Assembly (NCBI GenBank): GCA_029939895.1
Contig: JAOZSB010000002.1
Span: forward strand, 1-48,682
DNA from: Desulfobacterales bacterium
Lineage (GTDB): Bacteria > Desulfobacterota > Desulfobacteria > Desulfobacterales > JAOZSB01
Direction: 5' to 3'
DNA: 48,682 bases
The translations under genes were made by a program, and so were the position numbers. Shown here one piece after another: positions 1-9,325 of this stretch (its first letter is position 1; every line of letters starts with the position of its first letter). The notes under the pieces were generated by a model. That model saw only the letters and a program-made list of their open reading frames with translations, was not told where the DNA came from and did not search any database.

Positions 1-678
1 TTTAGTTATATAATATTTAGCTATCAGTAAATCCAAAATTACTTCTCTTCTCAGCATGGAAGGCCAACCCATGGCCTTCTTCACCTCAAAATGAATTGCT
101 GCAAAGACTAACTTAAATCAAACAAAAACAACTGCTATATTTTTCAATTATAAATAAGCTGTTTTCTTATGTCAAGTAAGTAAGCTCAAAATAAAGTAAA
201 AAAATTCTTTTTTGTTAATTAATTTCTTTTTATTAGGGGCATCAATTGGAGTATAAAGTAGTTTTAGTGTGCAAAACAATACGCCGCAAACATCCCTCAA
301 AACACTCAATCCCAAGGGATTTATTACACACATGCATAAAATGTTGTTATTTTCAGTATGATATCTTTACTTCAAGAAATGACTATATTCATTCTTTTAC
401 TATCATCAAGAATCAGCCCTGCCTATCTTAGTAGAAGTAAAACAGCTTCATTTAACGGAAGCATTTTTTTTACTTCCCTCCCCTTCAGAATCCCGGCAGG
501 AGCATAATATATCTCCCGACCTGCTACCGACCACTCTTCATGGTCATGAACACCTTCCAAGATTTAAGAAAAATTATCTATTCAATATTATTATGTCCCA
601 CTCAATTTCATTGTTTACCTGTTGCCGGGGGTATTTGTTTTGATCTTATATATAAGATCAATTTCAATCAGGAGCTTA

Positions 679-964
679 TTGTGGCATATCAGGTTTGCCG
701 GGCGGCCTGTAAAGTATTATTCTGCCTGGGGCCTGTATGATATGCACGGCAATGTCTGGGAGTGGTATCAGGATTGGTATGGCGATTATTCATCAGAATC
801 GGTAACTGATCCAACGGGTCCGAAATCGAGTTATTACCGTATTGTTCGTGGCGGCAACTGGGAAACCCCCTGCAGCTTACAGCACTTCAGCCAGCCGCAC
901 CAAGGGATTGCCCCATACGGCCATCTCTGGACAAGGGTTCAGGCTTGTTTCTGACATTGATTAG
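679..964 (+). pseudogene. Remnant of a formylglycine-generating-enzyme (FGE/SUMF1) type domain: C-terminal ~90 codons only, split by a frameshift
   Basis: Frame 1 (ORF 622..954) reads LWHIRFAGRPVKYYSAWGLYDMHGNVWEWYQDWYGDY...YYRIVRGGNW, the conserved FGE-sulfatase core. Similarity then continues in frame 2 from ~863 (KPPAAYSTSASRTKGLPHTAISGQGFRLVSDID, stop 962-964), the usual GFRLV-type C-terminus. The shift lies at the run aaaccccc (863-870). No N-terminal part of the domain is visible upstream in any frame. Confidence 0.6.
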
Positions 965-1095
965 TTGAACTAAATCAGCAGGAAGCAGTGAAGTAAAGAC
1001 ATTTAGACATGGGCAGGCGGGGAAGGACGAAGGACACTCCGCCTGCACCCACACCCCTAAAAGGGTGAACCCCTTACTGCTAAAGCCTTAAAAAA

Positions 1096-1171
1096 TGGTG
1101 CCCCCGGCATGATTCGAACATGCGGCGCATGGATTAGGAATCCAATGCTCTATCCCCTGAGCTACGGGGGC
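1096..1171 (-). tRNA. tRNA-Arg, anticodon CCT
   Basis: The reverse complement reads GCCCCCGTAGCTCAGGGGATAGAGCATTGGATTCCTAATCCATGCGCCGCATGTTCGAATCATGCCGGGGGCACCA. It has a 7-bp acceptor stem, D-arm AGCTCAGGGGATAGAGC, anticodon loop TTCCTAA, T-arm GTTCGAATC and an encoded CCA. Length 76 nt. Confidence 0.85.
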
Positions 1172-1391
1172 AAAAGCTTTATGTGTTTTTTTAAATTTTT
1201 CTTTTGCCTTTGTCAATAGATCATTTTGTTTTTACCTTTCTGCAACAATTTCTTTCAAAAAATCTCAAGGTCGGGTATGATAAATATCACTATTTTGGTG
1301 CATGTAATTCCGCCTCAAGCTACATGCAGGCTGTCTAATTGTACTTCTGCATGATTTTTTTATCAATCATTGTCTGCAAAGGAGAATTTAA

Positions 1392-2429
1392 ATGCAGTTT
1401 GAAATCACCAGGCCCATTGATCTTCTTGATGACAACGGCCATATTATTGAGCAGGGATGGGCGCGAAAACCATACTGGAACTACGACCGTGAAAAAATAA
1501 AAGCAGCCCGCCACAGGATCAAGGAGTGGGACTATTATTACATCCTGTCCCATGACAAGGGGTATGGAATAACATTCACCATATCCGACCTTGGCTACCT
1601 TGGAGTTGCGGCTGTATGCTGGATAGACCTTAATGACAAAACATTTACCCAGCTTGATACAATGAATCTGTTTCCCATGGGCAAAACCGCCCTGCCCCCG
1701 TCGTCTGAGTCCGGCGACGTATCCTATGGGGATAAAAAAATTAACATACAAGTAAAGCTTGAAGGACACAAAAGAATAATAACCTTTGATGCCCCGTCCT
1801 TTGTAAGCAAAAAGGGCGAAAAAGGAATCAAGGGAACCATAGCCCTGCACCAGCCACCAGACCTCGAAAGCATGGTAATAGCAACATCATGGGAAGAAAA
1901 CCGCCAGGCATTCTATTACAACCAAAAAACAAACTGCATGGCGGCTGAAGGCTCCGTTGAACTTGGCGACAATGTATATGAGTTTACCCCTGAAACTGAT
2001 TTTGCGGGCATTGACTGGGGTCGCGGCAACTGGACATACAAAAATCGGTGGTATTGGGGCTCGGCATCGGGAACTCTTGACGGAGAATCCTTTGGATGGA
2101 ATATAGGATACGGCTTCAGCGACCGCAGCCCGGCATCTGAGAACGTAATTTTTTATAAAGGCAGGGTACACAAGCTTGATGAGGTCACCTTTAAAATAAA
2201 CACAAAGGCCTACATGGCCCCCTGGAAATTCACAAGCAATGACGGGCGATTCAATCTTGATTTCCAGCCGCTTGTTGACCGCTGCGGAAGCACCAACCTC
2301 CTGCTCATCAAATCCGTCCAGCACCAGGTATTCGGGCATTTTACCGGAGAAGCTACCCTTGACGATGGTACAAAACTGCAAGTGGAGCGTTTTCTGGGTT
2401 TTGCGGAAGATGTTCTAAACTGGTGGTAG
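1392..2429 (+). CDS. DUF2804-like conserved hypothetical protein (345 aa)
   Basis: Long ORF with an ATG preceded by aaaggagaa (SD). Motifs KEWDYYYI and NWTYKNRWYWGSASG resemble the DUF2804 family as I remember it. The antisense ORFs overlapping it are low quality. Confidence 0.7.
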   Translation: MQFEITRPIDLLDDNGHIIEQGWARKPYWNYDREKIKAARHRIKEWDYYYILSHDKGYGITFTISDLGYLGVAAVCWIDLNDKTFTQLDTMNLFPMGKTALPPSSESGDVSYGDKKINIQVKLEGHKRIITFDAPSFVSKKGEKGIKGTIALHQPPDLESMVIATSWEENRQAFYYNQKTNCMAAEGSVELGDNVYEFTPETDFAGIDWGRGNWTYKNRWYWGSASGTLDGESFGWNIGYGFSDRSPASENVIFYKGRVHKLDEVTFKINTKAYMAPWKFTSNDGRFNLDFQPLVDRCGSTNLLLIKSVQHQVFGHFTGEATLDDGTKLQVERFLGFAEDVLNWW

Positions 2430-2468
2430 GTGGGGCTTTGTTTGAACTGGCGGCAATACCCTAAGAAG

Positions 2469-2502
2469 CAAAAACCCCGTAATCTCATCTGAAATTACGG
2501 GG
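2469..2502 (-). terminator. Intrinsic terminator downstream of tRNA-Met (possibly also serves the convergent DUF2804 gene)
   Basis: 9-bp stem ccccgtaat (2475-2483) / attacgggg (2494-2502). On the minus strand the hairpin is followed by tttttg (complement of 2469-2474). Confidence 0.6.
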
Positions 2503-2538
2503 TAATAGTCGTTGCTGACCTGTAATCATGTAAGTGTT

Positions 2539-2615
2539 TGGTGGCGATGCAGGGAATTGAACCCCGGACACTGCGGATATGAGCCACATGCTCTGACCAT
2601 CTGAGCTACATCGCC
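2539..2615 (-). tRNA. tRNA with anticodon CAT (elongator Met, or Ile2 if lysidinylated; not initiator-like)
   Basis: The reverse complement reads GGCGATGTAGCTCAGATGGTCAGAGCATGTGGCTCATATCCGCAGTGTCCGGGGTTCAATTCCCTGCATCGCCACCA. Anticodon stem tgtgg/ccgca, loop CTCATAT, T-arm GGTTCAATTCC, encoded CCA. The anticodon stem lacks the three G-C pairs typical of initiator tRNA. Confidence 0.85.
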
Positions 2616-2683
2616 AGTACACGAAAACTAAAAGAAAGTTTTATAAAAAATCGCCAGCCCTATGTCAAGGCTTTTTTTTATGG

Positions 2684-4258
2684 CTACCCTCCAACCCGCT
2701 CTGAACTTACTATTTCAACTGTAAACTCCTCAAGGCCCTCTGGAAGATTTTCAAAAACCGCCATGATAGGAAGCTCCGCACCTGGCGCCACGTTTACATT
2801 AGAATTGTTTTTACCAGAACGAATTTTGAGCTTATTATCTATCTCTGCAATCTCCAAGGCCGCAAGATCTACGTCACTAAGAGAGTTTCCAGCATATACA
2901 ATCTTTACTACTGCGGACTCTACTCCTGCTACCGTAAGCGCTCCCTTGACCTTTATATAACTCCTGGGATGCTCATATTCATTTTTAATTTTACCCGTGA
3001 TAATTAACAATCTTCCTGCTGTTGCATTGTCGATGAACCTGTTGGACATATCATAGGTCCCTATCATCACCTGCTCAGGAAGCGGCTCCTTGCCCAGCAA
3101 CTCATCAAGGTAAGGTATCTCTATCCCCATTGAATCAAGCGCGAAGAAAGTCCCTGCACCGCCAACCACCACAACAAGAAAAAGCAGAAGAATTATAAGG
3201 GGTGCTTTTGAGCGTTTTTTGGGAGCCTTTATTTTTACCGGCTCTTCTTCGATTGGTTCATCTTCAATATACTCGTCTTCTTCCTCGCTTACCATATCTT
3301 CGATGGAACCCCTGCCAGAGGGGATGTCTTCGCCAATAACCATGGTTTCAATAAAAGCATCACTCCCGCCACCAGAAGACGGTGCCGACGGCATTGGCGG
3401 AGGTTCTACAGCAGCAGCATCACTCGCCGGTGGATCAACTTCCATGGTCTCGGTGTATCCTGCATCGTCGTCGTCATCTCCGAGCATATCTTCCACATCT
3501 GTCAGGTCAACTTCATCGTCATCATCGTCATCCATTTCAAGGCCGTCCATGTCCAGATCATCAAGCTCAAGATCCAGATCCATGTCATCATCATCGTCAC
3601 CGCCCTGTTCTTCCGGCTCAACATCATCAAGCATGGTTTCTATATCGCCAATATCAAGCTCTTCAGCTTCAGGTGGCTTGTCTTCGCCAAATGGCTCGTC
3701 AAAATCCATATCAAGGTCAATATCCAGATCATCGTCATCTGCCGATGCATCTGCTGCTTCATCACCAGCATCATCACCCATGTCCAGATCCATATCAAGG
3801 TCCATATCAAGATCCATGTCATCATCAGCCGGGGCATCAGCGCCGGAATCATCCCCCATGTCCAGATCCATGTCCATGTCGTCGATTGAGGCTTCTTCGC
3901 CATCTGCACTACCCAGATCGACACCAAGATCAATATCGCCTGCATCCTCTTCTTCTTCGCCAAAATCAAGATCAAGGTCGTCATCAATATTTAGATCGCC
4001 ATCATCTTCCTGTGGGTCTTGATCGTCATAGACTTCCATGCCCAGCGATTTATCGAGTTCTTCTTTCTCAACCGTGGCTTCTGCTTCCGAGGGTTCTGGT
4101 GCCGGGGGCTCGGGTGCAGGAGCTTCTGGCTCCTCTACTATAGGAAAAACTTTGAATACGTGTTTGCAGCTTGAGCATCTGACCTTTGTGCCTGCCGCTT
4201 TAACAAGTTCGTCCTTGAGATTGAATTTCGACTGGCATTTTTCGCATGATACAATCAT
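2684..4258 (-). CDS. MJ0042-type zinc-ribbon protein with a long poly-acidic linker, one TM helix and a DUF3426-like C-terminal domain (524 aa)
   Basis: The N-terminus MIVSCEKCQSKFNLKDELVKAAGTKVRCSSCKHVFKV has CxxC...CxxC. About 300 aa are D/E-rich with DMDLDMDLDMDL repeats. A TM segment APLIILLLFLVVVVGGAGTFFAL follows, then a beta-rich C-terminal domain. Confidence 0.8.
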   Translation of the reverse strand: MIVSCEKCQSKFNLKDELVKAAGTKVRCSSCKHVFKVFPIVEEPEAPAPEPPAPEPSEAEATVEKEELDKSLGMEVYDDQDPQEDDGDLNIDDDLDLDFGEEEEDAGDIDLGVDLGSADGEEASIDDMDMDLDMGDDSGADAPADDDMDLDMDLDMDLDMGDDAGDEAADASADDDDLDIDLDMDFDEPFGEDKPPEAEELDIGDIETMLDDVEPEEQGGDDDDDMDLDLELDDLDMDGLEMDDDDDDEVDLTDVEDMLGDDDDDAGYTETMEVDPPASDAAAVEPPPMPSAPSSGGGSDAFIETMVIGEDIPSGRGSIEDMVSEEEDEYIEDEPIEEEPVKIKAPKKRSKAPLIILLLFLVVVVGGAGTFFALDSMGIEIPYLDELLGKEPLPEQVMIGTYDMSNRFIDNATAGRLLIITGKIKNEYEHPRSYIKVKGALTVAGVESAVVKIVYAGNSLSDVDLAALEIAEIDNKLKIRSGKNNSNVNVAPGAELPIMAVFENLPEGLEEFTVEIVSSERVGG

Positions 4259-4273
4259 TTTTATCCCCTGGGT

Positions 4274-4804
4274 TTATGGTTCCAGTTTGTAAATTCCGGG
4301 CAAATTTCTATATTTTTCGTTAAAATCAAGTCCATAGCCGACAAGGAAACCTTCTTGAATTATATTGCCAGCATAATCAATTTTTATATCTGTCTGCCGT
4401 CTTTCTCTTTTGTCTATGAGCGCACAGAGTTTAAGGCTTTTGGGGCCGAGCGTTTCAATATGGCGCATTATCATAGACGTTGTCAGGCCGGTGTCTATTA
4501 TGTCTTCAACAACAATTACATCCTGGCCAGATACATTTATTCCAATTTCTTTTGTTACTTTGGGCTTTCCAGACGACTGGGCCTTATCTCCATAGCTGGA
4601 AGCCCCTATAAAGTCAATTTCTACAGGCATGTCAAGTGATCTTGAAAGATCAGCAAGAAATATAAACGCTCCCTTTAGCACCCCTATCAAAATCGGTTTT
4701 GCATTCTTGTAATCTTCTGAAATTTTTGCAGAAATCCTATTTATGCTTTGGTCGATTTCCTGCCCTGATAATACTATTTCCAGTTTATAATTTTGCTTTG
4801 ACAT
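4274..4804 (-). CDS. hpt: Hypoxanthine(-guanine) phosphoribosyltransferase
   Basis: 176 aa. It has LIGVLKGAFIFLADLSR and the PRPP-binding motif VIVVEDIIDTGLT. Size is typical of Hpt. Confidence 0.9.
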   Translation of the reverse strand: MSKQNYKLEIVLSGQEIDQSINRISAKISEDYKNAKPILIGVLKGAFIFLADLSRSLDMPVEIDFIGASSYGDKAQSSGKPKVTKEIGINVSGQDVIVVEDIIDTGLTTSMIMRHIETLGPKSLKLCALIDKRERRQTDIKIDYAGNIIQEGFLVGYGLDFNEKYRNLPGIYKLEP

Positions 4805-4865
4805 ACATTTTTACTTTAATAGTTTTGCATACACCAAAAGCCAGTGTTTGTCAACGTCAATTGCA

Positions 4866-5783
4866 TCACAAGCCCGATGCAGCCAGTTTTTCTACCAGTT
4901 TTTTCTGCTTGTCGTTTAGCTGTTTTGGCATCGCAACAAGAATCCTAACGTAAAAATCGCCTGTTTTCCCGTTATTCATGCGGGGCAGACCATATCCTGG
5001 AATTCTCATCTTTGTCTTATGTTTTATACCAGGCGGCACCTTGAGGGCCATCTCTTTTCTGTGGATTGTAGGAACAGAGATTGATGCACCCATAATCGCC
5101 TCGGTCAGCTTAATTTCATGGTTAACAGTAACATCGTAATCATTTGTCTCATACTTTAGCTCTTTCTGGAAAATCGACTTGATAAACAGATCACCAGGGG
5201 GGCCGCCATAGGGGCTTTGCTCGCCCTTCCCTGCCAGGCGCAGCTTTTTACCCTCCACAAAACCCTTTGGGATTTTTACGGAAAGTTTTTCAGAACGGCC
5301 CTCATGCTCAAAAAACACGGTTTTTTCTGCACCATTTGCAATCTCTTCCAGGGTCAGGGGGAGGTCGTAAATCAGGTCAGAACCCTTTGCCGGGGGCTGT
5401 TGCCTGCGCCCCTGTCCAAAGGGCGACTCCCCGCCAAAATTAAAACCGCCGCGCCTTCTTCCAAAACCGCCGCCGCCGCCACCGCCGCCAAAACCGAATT
5501 CCTTGAATATACTGCCCAGGTCAAAGCCCTGGAATATGTCATCCCGTGAATATCTCTGCTGGAACCCGCTTGACCCGAAGGTGTCGTATTCCTGACGTTT
5601 TTTCTTATCGCTCAGCACTGCGTAGGCCTCGCTGATCTCCTTGAATTTGTCTTCCGAAGCTTTGTCGCCCTTTGACTGGTCTGGATGATATTTCATTGCC
5701 AGCTTGCGATAAGCTTTTTTTATTTCATTTGTATCAGCATTTTTTTCAACACCAAGCGTGCTGTAGTAATCCTTGCCCGACAT
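4866..5783 (-). CDS. cbpA: J-domain co-chaperone of the CbpA type (DnaJ-like, no zinc-finger domain)
   Basis: N-terminal J domain [32 protein letters not shown], a G/F-rich stretch [22 protein letters not shown] and a DnaJ C-terminal domain. There is no CxxCxGxG repeat region. 305 aa. Confidence 0.8.
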   Translation of the reverse strand: MSGKDYYSTLGVEKNADTNEIKKAYRKLAMKYHPDQSKGDKASEDKFKEISEAYAVLSDKKKRQEYDTFGSSGFQQRYSRDDIFQGFDLGSIFKEFGFGGGGGGGGFGRRRGGFNFGGESPFGQGRRQQPPAKGSDLIYDLPLTLEEIANGAEKTVFFEHEGRSEKLSVKIPKGFVEGKKLRLAGKGEQSPYGGPPGDLFIKSIFQKELKYETNDYDVTVNHEIKLTEAIMGASISVPTIHRKEMALKVPPGIKHKTKMRIPGYGLPRMNNGKTGDFYVRILVAMPKQLNDKQKKLVEKLAASGL

Positions 5784-6266
5784 TTTGCATTACCTTTTAA
5801 ATTTTTTAAAAAAATATATTATATTTATTTTGGTTTGTTTATGATTTCAATGGGATATGTATTGCTGTAAAATCAAATTCCAAACTTATGTACCCTGCAA
5901 TCTAAACAGCATTTTTACCCATCTGTTCCATTATATAAAAGATAAGCTGAAAAACCTTCAATGTCAAGACTTTACAACACGCAGATAAAGGCAGCAGCGA
6001 CAAGGCTCTTTCGCATGTTTCCTGGCATTGTCTGCCCTCCTCTCGTTCCGGTGCGCTGCTTCAATTCATAACATTGCAGCAGAGCCACACAGGATGCATT
6101 CACAAAATTTGTCTAATTTTTATGAAAAAGCTGGTAAAATTTTTGGAATATTTACCTTAAATTTTTAAGAAATAAGCTTTAAAATCCGATATATATATTA
6201 GGGAGCAAAAGCGTATCAAGAGAAAATCAGCTTGGCCTTAATCTTCTACGCAAAAGGGGGGGAACC

Positions 6267-6404
6267 ATGAAAACTGCAACTGCAAAAACTAACAATCCCA
6301 GACACTTGCTGCTTACGATACTTAACTTGACTGCGGCCATACTTACCAGCACACTGCTTCACATCCTGGGCCTGAAAATGAGACTTCAGCGGAAGCTTGC
6401 GTGA
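6267..6404 (+). CDS. Candidate 45-aa hydrophobic peptide (MKTATAKTNNPRHLLLTILNLTAAILTSTLLHILGLKMRLQRKLA)
   Basis: ATG at 6267 preceded by aaagggggggaacc (strong SD). It has one predicted TM helix and a basic tail, and lies in an otherwise ORF-poor 700-nt gap. A 76-aa antisense ORF (6246..6476) competes with it, and neither is verifiable here. Confidence 0.2.
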   Translation: MKTATAKTNNPRHLLLTILNLTAAILTSTLLHILGLKMRLQRKLA

Positions 6405-6501
6405 GTAACGCAAAAACTTGTGTAAACAGCGCAAAAAGCTTGCGTAAGCTGCGCAGAGCCTAACCAGATAGACCAAAAAAAACCGTTATTCCCCGGCCCT
6501 A

Positions 6502-6678
6502 TTATTTGGCCTTCTCAGCCAGCACCACGGCCTGCGCTGCAATCACATCTTTTCCATTGAATGTTACAGAAGGCGAGCCATAAAGCTGATACCCTTCTTC
6601 AATAATACCAGATATTCTCTTGCAGAAATCTGCATCATCCTTACCGGTGATGAGTCGATATTTTAATTTTTTTTCCAT
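6502..6678 (-). CDS. DUF1737-like small protein (58 aa from the ATG)
   Basis: MEKKLKYRLITGKDDADFCKRISGIIEEGYQLYGSPSVTFNGKDVIAAQAVV matches the YRL.tG.dd..F...v......GW.l.G.p pattern of DUF1737. The ATG at 6678 is the 4th codon of the tracked ORF, whose first codon is TTG, and is preceded by aggatt. Confidence 0.6.
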   Translation of the reverse strand: MEKKLKYRLITGKDDADFCKRISGIIEEGYQLYGSPSVTFNGKDVIAAQAVVLAEKAK

Positions 6679-6851
6679 TTGAAGCAATCCTAATATTACA
6701 AATAATCAAACTACAGGGCAACCCCCGCAGGCCTGGCTCTCCATACCAATTATTTTCAAGTTCACGGTATGGATATTATATTCAGGACTTGTTCAAAATT
6801 GAATACAGCCTGAGCTTTATAGATAACCGATATTTTTTTTAAGAAAGCAAT

Positions 6852-7070
6852 TTATTTAAAATATGACTTCCCAAACTTTAACATAAGTATTGCCAGAGGG
6901 GTCAGATGGAAAAAAAGGTCAAAGATGTCAATCGGTTTATGGAGGGTTCCATTCTTCAGTATCAAGAATTTTTCCACTACATGAGGCATTGGTTTAAACG
7001 GCGCAAGCAGCATAATAATTGTAAAAACAATCAAAGACGTATATGGTATCTTATCAAGAAAATCTAACAT
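6852..7070 (-). CDS. Small hypothetical membrane protein (72 aa)
   Basis: Two hydrophobic segments (SLIVFTIIMLLAPF, FFHLTPLAILML). It is the only ORF in this gap. I recognise no motif. Confidence 0.35.
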   Translation of the reverse strand: MLDFLDKIPYTSLIVFTIIMLLAPFKPMPHVVEKFLILKNGTLHKPIDIFDLFFHLTPLAILMLKFGKSYFK

Positions 7071-7319
7071 TTGTATTTATCATCCCTTTAAAATCATTTA
7101 AAATAAATTGTTTGCCAAAAAAAATAATTAGCAAATGTTTTTTTAAAAATCAAGCAAAAGCAGTAAGAACTTGACATAAAATTCTGCTTGCGTTTACAGT
7201 CATTTAATAAAAAAAAAGAAATATCATCATTTTTGTCATGCGCCCTACAAAAAAAGTTGCCTTAAATACAATGCTTTGTTAGAATGTTTAGATTGCTTAT
7301 AACAATTTGGGAGTCACAT

Positions 7320-7733
7320 ATGGCTACTGGTAAGGATTTTGGAAATATTATAGCTGAAACTCTGGTGATGATGGCAGCTGCTGACGGACAGGTACTAAAA
7401 AAGGAGCAGCAGATGGTTGCTTCTGCCCTGAAAGATATTTGGGACCCGGGTTACGGTGGTATGAAATCTGCGCTTGTCCATGCTTTCACAGAAATTAAAC
7501 TTGCCACGGATTTTGGCATGAATCTCCAAAAAAAAATTGAAAGTCATGCACTGACAATAAGCAGGGTTTTTTCAAACAGGGAAAAGGTCATATTGATTAA
7601 TAAAATGGATGAAATAATGCGGGTCGATGGTGAGTCCGAGCAAAGCGAGGTTGCCCTGTTTCTGATATTTAAAAAAAATGTGACCAGGGATGCCGGGCTG
7701 ATGAGCACCTTAAAAGGAATGTTCGGCAAATAG
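7320..7733 (+). CDS. TerB-like (tellurite-resistance TerB family fold) protein
   Basis: Two DG....E repeats typical of TerB-like domains (MAAADGQVLKKEQQMV and MRVDGESEQSEVALF). The ATG at 7320 is preceded by gggag (7309-7313). The tracked ORF starts earlier, at 7284. Confidence 0.6.
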   Translation: MATGKDFGNIIAETLVMMAAADGQVLKKEQQMVASALKDIWDPGYGGMKSALVHAFTEIKLATDFGMNLQKKIESHALTISRVFSNREKVILINKMDEIMRVDGESEQSEVALFLIFKKNVTRDAGLMSTLKGMFGK

Positions 7734-7817
7734 CCATATCTATGATTTTGCGGTTCAATAATATTTGATTTTTTTTAAATCAATACTTGGTAATCATGAA
7801 TCACTCAGGGGGATTTT

Positions 7818-8198
7818 ATGAATATGAAGACGGTTGTTTACATCGCTGGAGCACACCTGATTTTTTGTGGAATATCGCATTTGGGGTTTAGCAAAATATT
7901 CAACTGGAAAGAGGAACTTCCAAAGATGAGCGTCGAGAACCGCGCCTGTATCCAGGTGCTGAACCAGTGCCTGATGCTTTTCTGGTATCTGATGGGGGCC
8001 TTGTACCTGTTGTTTCCAAATGAAATTCTTACGACCTCCCTTGGCAAGGCGCTTTTAATGGGCATCTCATTCTTCTGGGTTATCAGACTGTTTGTTATTC
8101 AGCCGGTTTATGTGGGGTTTGATTCAAAGGAATCCAAGATTCAGGTTGTTATCTTTATCGTGGGACTTGCCCTCAGCCTGATCCCTTTGCTTGGCTGA
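7818..8198 (+). CDS. Hypothetical integral membrane protein (126 aa, about 4 TM)
   Basis: ATG preceded by cagggggatttt. It has four hydrophobic segments. I recognise no family. Confidence 0.5.
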   Translation: MNMKTVVYIAGAHLIFCGISHLGFSKIFNWKEELPKMSVENRACIQVLNQCLMLFWYLMGALYLLFPNEILTTSLGKALLMGISFFWVIRLFVIQPVYVGFDSKESKIQVVIFIVGLALSLIPLLG

Positions 8199-8286
8199 CC
8201 CGGCGTATATAATTTTAACTTCATCCCTCCAACGGCAGCCTTTTCAGGGCTTTTCCGTTTCTATCGTTATAAAAAAACAGGTGCGC

Positions 8287-9279
8287 TCAGGCTTTCTTCA
8301 TTCGCTCCACAAGCCATGCATCAATTGCCAGATGCGTGGCATGGTGCAGTACGCAAACCACCAGCGCAAGACCGAAATCCGGGAACAGGCTCATCTGCAT
8401 AATAATGGAAAGCGGAAGGGTTTTCTGGGAACCCATGAAGATAACGCTCTCCCGTTTTCCCTTGGGAATTTTCAGGATTTTAACACAGCCAAAGGCCGTA
8501 CCAAGCAGAAGCATGTGAAACATGATGACCGCTATCATTGCAGGGACTATGGAGTCAAGGTTGCTGAGCACGGTTTCCCTTGTCTGAGAAAATGCCATCC
8601 ACACAATACCAAGGACTATAACCTGGTTTGCTATGGAGATTTGTTTTTCAGCCTGGCTAAAGAAGCCATTAGAAAATCGCTGAATCATGCTTCCTGCAAA
8701 CAGGGGCGCAAGAACTAAAAACCCGATTTTTTTCATAACAGCAATCCTGTCTATGGTTACCTCCCTGCCCAGATCAGCGCTCCACAGCACAAGGGCCAGG
8801 GCAAAGGGAACCGCTGCAATAGAGATGGTGTTGGCGATTACGGTTATCATCAAAGCATGGGCCTGGTTTCCCCCGGCAGCCTCGGTCATAACCACTCCGC
8901 TGCTGATTGTGGTCGGCATGGCAGCAACTATAAATATTCCGATCATTATGCCGGTTGTTCCCTGCATCAACCCAATAGCCATGCCTATTAATGGTGCTGC
9001 AATGAATATTAGAAGTAAAGCCAGGACGGTTCCTTTAATGTCCAGCGCGCCCTCCCGCAATTTTGCAGAATCCAGAACAAGGCCGGACAAAAAGAAAACA
9101 AGAATAAGTGCGGCATCTGTTCCGTTGAGCCATTTCAGCGCCCTGCCAACACCAGACACTGCCCCGGACGGGTCAATCATCGTCAATGTAAAGACAACAA
9201 CGATTCCCGTCATGAACCAGTATTTATCGATAAGGGCCAAAGCCTTTTTCATTCTGTAATAGTTTCTTGATTTTCCCAT
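8287..9279 (-). CDS. Bile acid:Na+ symporter (BASS/SBF-like, YfeH-type) family transporter
   Basis: Polytopic membrane protein. The N-terminus KKALALIDKYWFMTGIVVV and the overall pattern resemble the SBF-like family. The start is set at ATG 9279 (MGKSRNYY...) to avoid overlapping the upstream gene, and could instead be 9252 or 9345. Confidence 0.7.
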   Translation of the reverse strand: MGKSRNYYRMKKALALIDKYWFMTGIVVVFTLTMIDPSGAVSGVGRALKWLNGTDAALILVFFLSGLVLDSAKLREGALDIKGTVLALLLIFIAAPLIGMAIGLMQGTTGIMIGIFIVAAMPTTISSGVVMTEAAGGNQAHALMITVIANTISIAAVPFALALVLWSADLGREVTIDRIAVMKKIGFLVLAPLFAGSMIQRFSNGFFSQAEKQISIANQVIVLGIVWMAFSQTRETVLSNLDSIVPAMIAVIMFHMLLLGTAFGCVKILKIPKGKRESVIFMGSQKTLPLSIIMQMSLFPDFGLALVVCVLHHATHLAIDAWLVERMKKA

Positions 9280-9325
9280 GATGTTGTTTCCGATCTTTTT
9301 ATTGCCGGGCAATTGCCTGCATGGT

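Noticed and set aside
246-740. ORFs 246..431 and 540..740 as genes
   Set aside because: They lie in an AT-rich region, have no SD and give low-complexity or odd translations. 540..740 overlaps the FGE remnant region in another frame.
3219-4143. Long plus-strand ORFs (267 aa Ser-rich; 253 aa His/Pro/Gln-rich) inside 2684..4258
   Set aside because: They are antisense or off-frame readings of the GAT/GAC/GAA-rich acidic repeat. They are low-complexity, have no start context, and are fully nested in a gene with clear domain signatures.
8191-9259. Plus-strand ORFs 8191..8718 and 8687..9259
   Set aside because: They are antisense to a well-formed polytopic transporter gene, and their translations lack any recognisable features.
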